60,127 nucleotides of DNA, from assembly GCA_964614215.1 (NCBI GenBank), contig CAZTKP010000001.1:1-60127 (forward strand), written 5' to 3'. Below, piece after piece: positions 18,733 through 27,378 of the stretch (its first letter is position 1; the number at the start of each line of letters is the position of its first letter). Both the position numbers and the translations under genes were made by a program. The notes beneath the pieces are model-generated. The model did not search any database. It saw nothing but the letters and a program-made list of their open reading frames with translations, and had not been told where the DNA came from. The DNA comes from an uncultured Spirochaetales bacterium. Lineage in GTDB: Bacteria > UBP6 > UBA1177.

Positions 18733-20292
18733 ATGACCAAAATTTCAAATGCAATTGTAAGTGTCTATGACAAGCGCGGCCTGACGGCTTTTGTTTCGGA
18801 ACTCGACAAGCTGGGAATAAAGATCTATTCAACCGGCGGAACATACTCTATGATCAAAGGTGAAGGTGTCAGCGCTGTGAAAGTTGAGGACTACACAGGT
18901 TTTCCGGAGATGATGAACGGAAGAGTCAAAAGCCTTCATCCGAAGATCCACGGAGGGATCCTTGCTGACAGATCGGAACAGGCTCACCTGGAAGCAGCGG
19001 AAAAACACGGGATCGCTCTTTTTGACATGGTTGTTGTCAACCTCTATCCGTTTCAGGAGACTGTTGAAAAAAATATGAGCATGGACGACATTATTGAGAA
19101 CATAGATATCGGTGGTCCGACACTTATCAGAAGCGCTGCAAAGAACTTCAGAAATGTTGCGATCGTCACCTCTCCTGACGACTACTGGTCAATCATAGAA
19201 GAGCTCAAGGAAAACGGTCAGTTAAGCATAGAAACAAGATTTGAACTTTCAAAAAAAGCTTTTGCTCACACAGCTTTTTACGACGGCTTTATCAGCAGTC
19301 ACTTCTCAAGGATAGACCATGCGGGGAACAGAATAAAGGAAGATCCGGAGATCCTGACCCTTCAGTTCACAAAAAAGGATACACTCAGATATGGAGAGAA
19401 CCCTCACCAGAAAGCATCTTTCTACGCTGACAGGAACGCCCCTTCCGGAACTGTCGCAACAGCGAAGCAGCTTCATGGGAAACAACTGTCCTTCAACAAC
19501 TACATGGATCTTGAAAGTGCAAAAAATATAGTCGCGGAATTTGACGAACCGGCTGCTTCAATAATGAAACACACGAATCCCTGCGGAGCTGCTGTCGGCG
19601 AAACACTTTGCGAAGCCTACAAACTTGCTCTTGAATGTGATCCTGTAAGTGCTTTCGGTTCAATTGTCGGTCTTAACAGAGAAGTTGACGAGGACACCGC
19701 TCTGGAGATCTCAAAGAATTTCGTTGAAGCCGTAATAGCACCTTCTTTCAGTGATAAGGCGTTGGATTTACTTACTAAAAAGAAAAACATCAGACTGATA
19801 GAGACAGGTGTTGTCTGCAGAGAGCCTGACATGGACTGGGAATTTAAAAAAGTATCAGGCGGACTTCTTATCGAAGACAGTGACAGATATATTGTTTCTG
19901 AAGAAGACCTTGAATTTGTTACAGAAAAAAAGCCCACAGAAGAAGAGATAAAAAAACTGCTTTTTGCCCAGAAGATAGTTAAGCATGTAAAAAGCAATGC
20001 CATTCTTCTTTCTGACGGCAAAGCAACAGTAGGAGTCGGCGCAGGACAGATGTCAAGGATAGATTCACTTGAGATAGCGATAAGCAAATCCAACAAACCT
20101 CTTAAGGGCTGTGTGATGGCAAGTGATGCTTTTTTTCCGTTCAGAGACAGTGTTGACAGGGCATCAAAAGAAGGTATCACCGCAATAATTCAGCCAGGTG
20201 GTTCAATGCGTGATCAGGAATCAATCGATGCATGCAACGAGCATGGAATAGCTATGGTTTTTACAGGAAAAAGATGTTTCAGACACCTTTAA
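18733..20292 (+). CDS. purH: bifunctional AICAR transformylase / IMP cyclohydrolase
   Basis: SVYDKRGL, MNGRVKSLHPKIHGGIL and GAGQMSRIDS motifs. Start set to the ATG at 18733, 6 nt after AGGAG (the track start is TTG). Confidence 0.94.
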   Translation: MTKISNAIVSVYDKRGLTAFVSELDKLGIKIYSTGGTYSMIKGEGVSAVKVEDYTGFPEMMNGRVKSLHPKIHGGILADRSEQAHLEAAEKHGIALFDMVVVNLYPFQETVEKNMSMDDIIENIDIGGPTLIRSAAKNFRNVAIVTSPDDYWSIIEELKENGQLSIETRFELSKKAFAHTAFYDGFISSHFSRIDHAGNRIKEDPEILTLQFTKKDTLRYGENPHQKASFYADRNAPSGTVATAKQLHGKQLSFNNYMDLESAKNIVAEFDEPAASIMKHTNPCGAAVGETLCEAYKLALECDPVSAFGSIVGLNREVDEDTALEISKNFVEAVIAPSFSDKALDLLTKKKNIRLIETGVVCREPDMDWEFKKVSGGLLIEDSDRYIVSEEDLEFVTEKKPTEEEIKKLLFAQKIVKHVKSNAILLSDGKATVGVGAGQMSRIDSLEIAISKSNKPLKGCVMASDAFFPFRDSVDRASKEGITAIIQPGGSMRDQESIDACNEHGIAMVFTGKRCFRHL

Positions 20293-20305
20293 TTTGGAGA
20301 GATCT

Positions 20306-21574
20306 ATGAAAGTTCTAGTAGTTGGAAAAGGCGGAAGAGAACATGCACTTGCATGGAAAATAGCACAGAGCGAAGCAGTTGAAAAGGTATATGCTTTTCC
20401 CGGCAATCCTGGAATTGCCGAAGTTGCCGAGATCCCGGATCTGCCTGACGATAAAAATGAAACTTTGAAGGAGTTTGCAAAAAATAACGACATTGATCTT
20501 ACTGTTGTCGGTCCTGAAGCATATCTTGCAAATGGAATTGCCGATGTTTTTGAAAAAGAAGGGCTGAAGATCTTCGGTGTAAATAAAAAAGCTGCACAGC
20601 TTGAATCATCCAAAGCTTTTGCAAAAGAGATCATGCAGGATGCAGGAATTCCGACAGCTGCACACAATACTGTTAACGATCTTGAAAAAGGATTGGAAGT
20701 GCTTGAAAAAAGTGAATATCCCATCGTTCTGAAAGCTGACGGACTTGCCGCCGGAAAGGGCGTTGTTATCTGTGAGACAAAAGAGGCCGCACAGAAAGAA
20801 CTTTCGGAAATGCTCAGCGGAAAATTTTCCGATGCAGGTTCAAAAGTTGTTATTGAACAGTTCTTAAAAGGTGAAGAGCTTTCGCTTCTTCTTTTTGTTG
20901 ACGGAGAAAATGTAAGGCCGCTTCAGTTCTCTCAGGATCATAAAGCTCTGCTTGATGGAGATAAGGGCCCGAACACAGGCGGAATGGGGGCATACACTCC
21001 CGTAAGTATTGCCGACAAAAAAACTTTCAGCGATGTTGACGATCAGGTTGTAAAACCTCTTCTTTCAGAGTTTAAGAAAAAAGGTATCGATTACCGAGGA
21101 ATTCTCTACATCGGGCTTATGATGGTAGATGAGATCCCGTATGTTCTTGAATATAACGTTCGTTTTGGAGATCCCGAGACTGAGCCGTTGATGATGATGA
21201 TGAAAAGTGACATTATTCCATTTATGACAGCAACCTGTGAAAAGAAGCTGGGCGAAACCGGTGACGTCCTCTGGCATGAAGGTGCAGGGGCGACAGTAGT
21301 TCTTGCAAGTGACGGGTATCCCGGATCTTATGAAAAAGGAAAAGTCATTGAAAATCTTGACAAAACAGACAACGAATGCGTTGTTTTCCATGCAGGAACA
21401 AAATTTGAAAACGGCAGTATCGTTACCGACGGAGGACGCGTCCTCATGGTGACATGCAGAGGGGAAAACATCTCTCAAGCCCTTGAAAGAACTTATAAAA
21501 ACACTGGAAAGATATCCTTTGAAGGTGCCTACTGGAGAAAGGACATCGGACATAGAGAAGTGGGAAGAAAATGA
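20306..21574 (+). CDS. purD: phosphoribosylamine-glycine ligase
   Basis: MKVLVVGKGGREHALAWK, ATP-grasp domain, GGMGAY. ATG at 20306 follows GGAGA. Confidence 0.94.
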   Translation: MKVLVVGKGGREHALAWKIAQSEAVEKVYAFPGNPGIAEVAEIPDLPDDKNETLKEFAKNNDIDLTVVGPEAYLANGIADVFEKEGLKIFGVNKKAAQLESSKAFAKEIMQDAGIPTAAHNTVNDLEKGLEVLEKSEYPIVLKADGLAAGKGVVICETKEAAQKELSEMLSGKFSDAGSKVVIEQFLKGEELSLLLFVDGENVRPLQFSQDHKALLDGDKGPNTGGMGAYTPVSIADKKTFSDVDDQVVKPLLSEFKKKGIDYRGILYIGLMMVDEIPYVLEYNVRFGDPETEPLMMMMKSDIIPFMTATCEKKLGETGDVLWHEGAGATVVLASDGYPGSYEKGKVIENLDKTDNECVVFHAGTKFENGSIVTDGGRVLMVTCRGENISQALERTYKNTGKISFEGAYWRKDIGHREVGRK

Positions 21575-22128
21575 TCATACAGAGTTCCGGATTTTTAAAA
21601 AGCGCATCATCAATGAAAGGTCTTCCGGAAGACGGACTGCCGGAATTTGCCTTCATTGGTCGTTCAAATGTCGGTAAATCAAGTCTGCAGAATATGCTGC
21701 TTGGAAGAAGCGGGCTGGTAAAAACATCAAAAAAGCCGGGAAAGACCATCCTGATAAACTACTTTCTGGTAAACGACAGCTTCTTTTTCGTCGATCTTCC
21801 GGGATACGGATTTGCCCATAGGTCAAAAGCTTCAAGAAACATGTGGCAGAAACTCATTGAGAGGTATCTGGTTGAAAGAAAAGAACTTCTAGACATCTTT
21901 CTTCTTATTGATTCCAGGCACGGAATTCTTGAAAATGACGGCATGATGATAGATTTTCTTGACCATTACAATATTCCGTTCACCCCAGTCTTCACTAAAA
22001 CCGATAAACTGAAAAAGAACGAACTTTCTGTAATAAAACAGAAGAATCCCGAATGTTTTTTCACCTCTGCTGCAAAAGGTTACGGCAGAGAGGAAATGCT
22101 GGGTTACATTGAGAGCCTCATGGTTTAA
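21571..22128 (+). CDS. engB: ribosome-biogenesis GTPase EngB/YsxC/YihA
   Basis: G1 is GRSNVGKSSL, G3 is DLPGYG and G4 is TKTDK. ATGA overlap with purD. Confidence 0.9.
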   Translation: MIIQSSGFLKSASSMKGLPEDGLPEFAFIGRSNVGKSSLQNMLLGRSGLVKTSKKPGKTILINYFLVNDSFFFVDLPGYGFAHRSKASRNMWQKLIERYLVERKELLDIFLLIDSRHGILENDGMMIDFLDHYNIPFTPVFTKTDKLKKNELSVIKQKNPECFFTSAAKGYGREEMLGYIESLMV

Positions 22129-22138
22129 GAGCAATAAA

Positions 22139-22672
22139 ATGAAGCACTTGCAACTTTTTACAATTTTTGTGGTCCTTTTATTACTGATCAGGGTCAACGC
22201 CGCGGAAATTGTTGAAAGCGTCGTGGCGAGTCTTAACGACAGAGCTATAACTTATTCAGAAATACTGCAGGAAGGAGAGCTTCTCAACATTGAGAACAAC
22301 GTTCCTCCTGAAACCCCGCTTACACCGAAGATCAAAGAAAAGATCCTCAACCTCATAATGTTCAGGATCATAATGTTCAGGGAAGCAAGAGACGAAAACG
22401 TCACCATTGATGACAAGATCGTTGACAAAAAAGTGAAGGACTACATGTCCAATGTGTATATGAAGAAATTTCTGAAAAAGTACAGTCTATCCGACCTTGA
22501 ATTTAAAACTCTCATAAAAATGCGTCTGCTGGCAGATAAAATGACAGACCGTTTTCTGGAAAAGAGGTTCAGGAAAAAAACTCCGACCAAGGAAGAAAAG
22601 AAAAAGGCGATAGAGGACTGGCAGAAAAATCTTTTTAAAAAACAGAAGCTTGTGCTATATTCTATTCCGTAA
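22139..22672 (+). CDS. secreted SurA-N-terminal-domain-like chaperone protein
   Basis: Signal peptide MKHLQLFTIFVVLLLLIRVNA. IVESVVASLNDRAITYSEI resembles the SurA/PpiD N-terminal chaperone domain. No PPIase domain. Confidence 0.5.
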   Translation: MKHLQLFTIFVVLLLLIRVNAAEIVESVVASLNDRAITYSEILQEGELLNIENNVPPETPLTPKIKEKILNLIMFRIIMFREARDENVTIDDKIVDKKVKDYMSNVYMKKFLKKYSLSDLEFKTLIKMRLLADKMTDRFLEKRFRKKTPTKEEKKKAIEDWQKNLFKKQKLVLYSIP

Positions 22673-22687
22673 TTATCAGGAGGATAC

Positions 22688-23452
22688 ATGGGAAAGATAA
22701 TTTCGGTCATAAATCAGAAAGGCGGCGTGGGGAAAACAACCACAGCGGTTAATCTTGCCGCCTGCCTGGGCGTTATGGAAAAAAAGGTTCTGCTGGTAGA
22801 TATGGACCCTCAGGGAAACGCCACATCAATGAGTTCCATAAAGGCAGAAAAGTTCAATACGATCTATGACCTTATGGCAGACCCGGAGATCAACGCAGTC
22901 TACAGCACCGAACTTCCGTTCATGAAGATAATTCCCTGTAACGAGGAGCTTACCGGAGCTGAAATAGAGCTTTTGCAGATGGAAGATAGAGAGTATGTTC
23001 TCAAGCAGACTATTGAGGACCTGAAGAACAAGTTCGACTATATCATCATCGACTCTCCTCCAAGTCTGAACATTTTAACAGTTAACAACATGGTTGCTTC
23101 GGACGGTGTGATCATTCCTATTCAGTGTGAATATTTTGCACTTGAAGGTCTCAGCCGGATAATGGAGACGATCGGAAACGTACGGTCTATTAACCCGGAT
23201 CTTGAGATATACGGAATTCTGCTGACCATGTATGATAAGAGGGTTAAGCTTACCTTTGAAGTTGAAAAGGACGTGCGTGAGCATTTCGGGAAAGATGTTT
23301 TTAAAACTTTTATCCCAAGGAACGTTAAATTAAGTGAATCACCCAGTTTCGGAACACCGATCGTGCTTTACGATATCTCATCGATCGGTTCGAAAAAGTA
23401 TCTTGAACTGGCGGAAGAATTCATAAAAAGAATGAAAAGGAGCGGAAAATGA
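22688..23452 (+). CDS. parA: chromosome partitioning ATPase ParA/Soj
   Basis: Deviant Walker A NQKGGVGKTTTAVNLAA, 254 aa, directly upstream of parB. Confidence 0.93.
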   Translation: MGKIISVINQKGGVGKTTTAVNLAACLGVMEKKVLLVDMDPQGNATSMSSIKAEKFNTIYDLMADPEINAVYSTELPFMKIIPCNEELTGAEIELLQMEDREYVLKQTIEDLKNKFDYIIIDSPPSLNILTVNNMVASDGVIIPIQCEYFALEGLSRIMETIGNVRSINPDLEIYGILLTMYDKRVKLTFEVEKDVREHFGKDVFKTFIPRNVKLSESPSFGTPIVLYDISSIGSKKYLELAEEFIKRMKRSGK

Positions 23453-24270
23453 AGGAAAAGAGAAAACTGGGAAAAGGTCTTGATGCACTTATTAAATCAG
23501 CACCGGCCAGCGACTATATGGTCGTTTCCATAGAAGATGTCGTTCCTAACGAAAATCAGCCTAGAAAAAAGTTTGATGAACAGAGACTGAGAGAACTCTC
23601 GGAATCCATAAAACAGTACGGGATCATTCAGCCGATCGTTGTTAAAAAGGAAGGTCGTCAATATAGAATCGTTGCTGGAGAAAGAAGATACCGTGCAGCA
23701 AAAATGGCAGGTCTTGAAGAGCTTAAAGTTATTCTTTTTAAAGGGGAAGAGGATTATCAGGTAAGCCTCATTGAAAACCTTCAGAGAGAAGATCTCAATC
23801 CCATTGAAGTTGCTGAAGCATATACCGAGCTTATTAAAAGATTTGACTATACTCAGGCTGAACTCAGCAAGAAAGTCGGTAAAAGCAGAAGCGAGATCAG
23901 CAACAACATGAGGCTTTTAAACCTTGTCGGAAAAATCCAGGACCTGGTAAGAAACGGAACGATCTCTGTCGGTCAGGCAAGACCTCTTACTGTTCTTGAT
24001 AAAGATGATCAAAAACTGTTTCTCGACCGGATCCTTGAAGACAAGCTTACCGCAAGGCAGGTTGAAAAACTGGTTTCGTCAAAAAAAGAAAAAAAGGAAC
24101 AACCTGATCTAAGCAAATACTGGAAAAAAGAACAGAACGAGCTGAATCTGGCAACAAATGCAAAAGTTACTGTAAAAGAAAAGAAAAAAGGTGTCTCTAT
24201 CGTCCTTGATTTTAAAAATATAGGCGACTATGAAAGTTTTAGCAACATGTTGAAAAAACTTAACAAATGA
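23449..24270 (+). CDS. parB: chromosome partitioning protein ParB/Spo0J
   Basis: VAGERRYRAAKMAG (the CTP-binding GERR box), LIENLQREDLNPIE and an HTH segment. Confidence 0.93.
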   Translation: MKEKRKLGKGLDALIKSAPASDYMVVSIEDVVPNENQPRKKFDEQRLRELSESIKQYGIIQPIVVKKEGRQYRIVAGERRYRAAKMAGLEELKVILFKGEEDYQVSLIENLQREDLNPIEVAEAYTELIKRFDYTQAELSKKVGKSRSEISNNMRLLNLVGKIQDLVRNGTISVGQARPLTVLDKDDQKLFLDRILEDKLTARQVEKLVSSKKEKKEQPDLSKYWKKEQNELNLATNAKVTVKEKKKGVSIVLDFKNIGDYESFSNMLKKLNK

Positions 24271-24950
24271 GCTTGAGGCTCTTTCTTTTCACATTAGTTT
24301 TCCTATCATCTTTCTCTATTTACGCACAGTTTACCGTATTTATCGATCCGGGACACGGTGGAAACAATAAGGGAGCTATTGCCGGAGGTATCGAAGAAAA
24401 GGATGTAACTCTCGAGCTTGCTCTGAAGTTGAAAGCTTTTTTTAAAAAACATCCTGATCCTGATATTAAAGTAATATTCTCAAGAACATCTGACGAAGAC
24501 CTTCTGATAAAAAAAAGAGTTGAGAAGATCGAAAAGGAAAAACCGGACCTGTTTCTTTCCCTTCACTTCAATTCACAGAAATTTCTTACAACGACAAGGG
24601 GTTTCGAGATCTATTATCCGGCAGATTCTCTCGATGGAAAATCAAAAGAAATGGCTGAAAAATATGACCGGGCAAACAGGTCTTTCGTTTATGGAAAAAT
24701 GTTTAAGGACCTTTATTTTAAAGCCAACATCCACACAACGTGGAAACTGCCCTTCAATCTTTTCACTCAGAAATACGGTCTGAAACTTTTTGAAGAAACA
24801 ACGGTACCCGGACTACTTCTAGAAATAGCCTATCTGACCTCACCGGATGACAGAGCGTGCGTCGAGAACAAAGATTTTATGGCTGATATCGCCTGGTATA
24901 TCTATGATGCGATCAAGAAAATATCTAAGAAAAAACTGAAAAAGAAGTAG
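24267..24950 (+). CDS. N-acetylmuramoyl-L-alanine amidase (Amidase_3 type), secreted
   Basis: Signal peptide, then VFIDPGHGGNNKGA, EKDVTLELALKL and LFLSLHFNS. Confidence 0.85.
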   Translation: MSLRLFLFTLVFLSSFSIYAQFTVFIDPGHGGNNKGAIAGGIEEKDVTLELALKLKAFFKKHPDPDIKVIFSRTSDEDLLIKKRVEKIEKEKPDLFLSLHFNSQKFLTTTRGFEIYYPADSLDGKSKEMAEKYDRANRSFVYGKMFKDLYFKANIHTTWKLPFNLFTQKYGLKLFEETTVPGLLLEIAYLTSPDDRACVENKDFMADIAWYIYDAIKKISKKKLKKK

Positions 24951-25889
24951 TTATCTAAATATTCTGCTGAATCTTGAGTTGAAAATCTCAATATATTTAT
25001 CTTTTAGTTCATTATTTAAGAATGAATCCGATATTTGGTTAACCATATTTTCACGTCTTTTTGCAAACTTTTCATATATCCCCATGACAACCTTGCTTTG
25101 GATCTGAAAATTTTCAGCTAAGAAGTCGAAGTCTTCTTTTTCTAACCTTGCCTTCTTTCCATTTATCGAAAGTGCAGACTCTTCTTTATCTTCAGGAATA
25201 GCAATTGCCGTATTTAGTAGATCATAAGCCGGAGATAGCTCAAAAAAATCAGTAGAACTGTAAAAAAGCGAATAATTTTTCAGGTGCATGTCTGCATTTC
25301 CTGAAAGAAAGGAAAAAAGAACGACTTCAAAAAGTCTCTGAAGATCATAGCCAGGGTTTGAAGAGTATTTTTTCAGTGTTTTTCCAATTTGCTCAACCGA
25401 TCCTCTGTACTTGTCTTCTGTGAGTCTCTCCTGAAGCTGACACATATCTTCCATATGTTTTTTTCCGCTTTTAGTTCTATCAATCCTCTTTGAGATATAG
25501 GCAAGCTCTCCGCTTTTAAACCTGACCATTCCATAGGGAACCGTTTTTATTCCAAAAGTCTGAGCCAAACTCATTGTAAGGTGTTCATTTTCAGGAAGAA
25601 ATGGATATTTTTCTGAAGGCGGTTTTAAAATATAACCTCCCCAGAGTCCGACAATCGTAAATTTACTGTTTCTTTCTCCTCTTACTTTTGACAAGTGAAG
25701 TGAAAGCTTCGGCTGAACACCCGTTACCGAAATACTTTTCAGTACAGAATCTTTTGCAATCTCATTTAGTTCATCAAGATCATAGTCAAGACCCGGGGCT
25801 TTGTCCGAATTAAAAAATTTCCGGCTGCATGAAGAGTGATACTCCTCTTTTCCGGCAACTTCATTGCCGCAGATGAGGCATCTAGTCAT
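24951..25889 (-). CDS. HipA-family serine/threonine kinase toxin lacking N-subdomain 1 (HipT-like)
   Basis: 312 aa. P-loop region KSISVTGVQPKLS. Catalytic GNADMHLKNYSL. Mg-binding SPAYDLLNT. N-terminal CxxC...H..C (CLICGNEV...YHSSC). Confidence 0.85.
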   Translation of the reverse strand: MTRCLICGNEVAGKEEYHSSCSRKFFNSDKAPGLDYDLDELNEIAKDSVLKSISVTGVQPKLSLHLSKVRGERNSKFTIVGLWGGYILKPPSEKYPFLPENEHLTMSLAQTFGIKTVPYGMVRFKSGELAYISKRIDRTKSGKKHMEDMCQLQERLTEDKYRGSVEQIGKTLKKYSSNPGYDLQRLFEVVLFSFLSGNADMHLKNYSLFYSSTDFFELSPAYDLLNTAIAIPEDKEESALSINGKKARLEKEDFDFLAENFQIQSKVVMGIYEKFAKRRENMVNQISDSFLNNELKDKYIEIFNSRFSRIFR

Positions 25890-26214
25890 TTTTTTCCCTC
25901 CTCACAGAAACAGCTCCAATGGTGTCACTACAGCACGAAAGCAGCAGCTCCATTCTATCTCTTGAGTCAATTTTCCAGCTCTTCCATGCAATATCAAGCA
26001 GCCATCCTTCCGGAATAAGACCATCAAAAAATGGAAATAATATTTTTGATTCGTATGACTCTTTTCTAAGAGGAAGTGTTTTGCTTACTGCAACAGGATC
26101 TGAAGCCAAAAGATATTCCGGATCATAGGTGAAAACATACCCTGAATCAGTTTGTTCAACAATTCCGGCAAATCTGTCATACATGTAGACATATCCATAT
26201 TTTTTTATCATCAT
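25882..26214 (-). CDS. HipA N-terminal subdomain protein (HipS-like)
   Basis: 110 aa with motifs FAGIVEQTDSGYVFTYDPEYL, FPFFDGLIPEGW and DTIGAVSV, typical of the HipA N-terminal domain. It overlaps the kinase gene by 8 nt and the HTH gene by 4 nt. Confidence 0.8.
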   Translation of the reverse strand: MMIKKYGYVYMYDRFAGIVEQTDSGYVFTYDPEYLLASDPVAVSKTLPLRKESYESKILFPFFDGLIPEGWLLDIAWKSWKIDSRDRMELLLSCCSDTIGAVSVRREKND

Positions 26215-26420
26215 GAACCTCTCTCAGTTTTTCCAGGAATCATTTCATGCCCGAACAGAAGAAGAACCTGATTGATCTTATCAAGCCTGAGCGTATCTTT
26301 ACCCTGCTCCAGCTCTCTAATAAACCTTAAACCTACTCCGCTTCTTTGTGCAAGCTCAACCTGTGTAATACCTAACTTTTTTCTTCTTTCTTTAACAAAA
26401 ACCCTTAACTTATCGCTCAT
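26211..26420 (-). CDS. hipB: XRE-family HTH protein (HipB-like)
   Basis: 69 aa. RRKKLGITQVELAQRSGVGLRFIRELEQGK is a Cro/C1-type HTH. It is the first gene of the three-gene cassette. Confidence 0.85.
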   Translation of the reverse strand: MSDKLRVFVKERRKKLGITQVELAQRSGVGLRFIRELEQGKDTLRLDKINQVLLLFGHEMIPGKTERGS

Positions 26421-26422
26421 TC

Positions 26423-26522
26423 TATACCTCTTCGGGTATAATTTATAACTATCAACGTAATTTTACACCCTTTCGGGTATATTTGTCAAGTTGTTTTTAT
26501 TTTTTACACCCGTTAGGGTATA
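26423..26522 (-). promoter_or_regulatory. hip cassette promoter with three phased palindromic operators
   Basis: TATACCtcttcGGGTATA at 26423-26440, TACACCCtttcGGGTATA at 26464-26481 and TACACCCgttaGGGTATA at 26505-26522, with 41 bp between starts. On the minus strand, TTGACA (26489-26484), an 18-nt spacer, then TAAAAT (26465-26460). The promoter brackets the middle operator. Confidence 0.65.
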
Positions 26523-26535
26523 TTTTAGTGAGTTT

Positions 26536-27213
26536 TTATCTAGATGCGCCGTAGATTTTATAATAATCTTCAATTCTTGCGGCAATTTCGTCATCTAAAA
26601 CAACTTTACCGTTTACTTCTTTGTTGTGAAGATATTCAACTACTTCCGCCATTGAGACGATGGGAAATGTTTTCATTCCGAAATGTTCATGAAGCTCGTC
26701 AAGTGCACTCTTTTCGCCTTTTCCTTTTTCCATGCGGTTTACGGAAATTACAAGCGCTGAAACGTTGACATCGGCCTGAGCTTTAAGAATTGGAACAGTT
26801 TCATAGATGCTCGTTCCTGCTGTTGTAACATCCTCAACGATCACAACTCTGTCACTATCTGCAAGTTTATGACCGATCACTGTTCCTTTTTCACCATGAT
26901 CTTTTGCTTCCTTCCTGTTGAAACAGAAGGCTGCATCTTTTCCGTACATTTCCTTTAATGCGATGGCTGTTGTGACTACCAGTGGAATTCCTTTGTAGGC
27001 GGGACCGAAAAGAACGTCGAACTCTCCATTCGTATGTTCCATAATTGACTGGGCATAAAACTTTCCAAGTCTTGCTATCTGCTCGCCTGTTCTGTACTTT
27101 CCTGTATTTACAAAGAAAGGAGTTTTTCTTCCGCTTTTTGTAATAAAATCTCCAAAGGTCAGAACCTCACTTTCAACCATGAAATCAATAAAATCCTTTT
27201 TGTAACTTTCCAT
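26536..27213 (-). CDS. pyrE: orotate phosphoribosyltransferase
   Basis: GPAYKGIPLV and the PRPP-binding motif VVIVEDVTTAGTS. Confidence 0.9.
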   Translation of the reverse strand: MESYKKDFIDFMVESEVLTFGDFITKSGRKTPFFVNTGKYRTGEQIARLGKFYAQSIMEHTNGEFDVLFGPAYKGIPLVVTTAIALKEMYGKDAAFCFNRKEAKDHGEKGTVIGHKLADSDRVVIVEDVTTAGTSIYETVPILKAQADVNVSALVISVNRMEKGKGEKSALDELHEHFGMKTFPIVSMAEVVEYLHNKEVNGKVVLDDEIAARIEDYYKIYGASR

Positions 27214-27378
27214 GTTTTACTCCGTAGTTTTTAAGAACAGTCCCTTGAAAATACTTAATAAAAATCGTTTATCCAATTTTTTTGATAATAAATGGAAAGT
27301 CATGTAGAATCCTTTGAAATTTGTTCATTTTTTTGTGAAAAGTGAGGGTTTCAGTAACAAAAATTTCAGGAGAATGAA

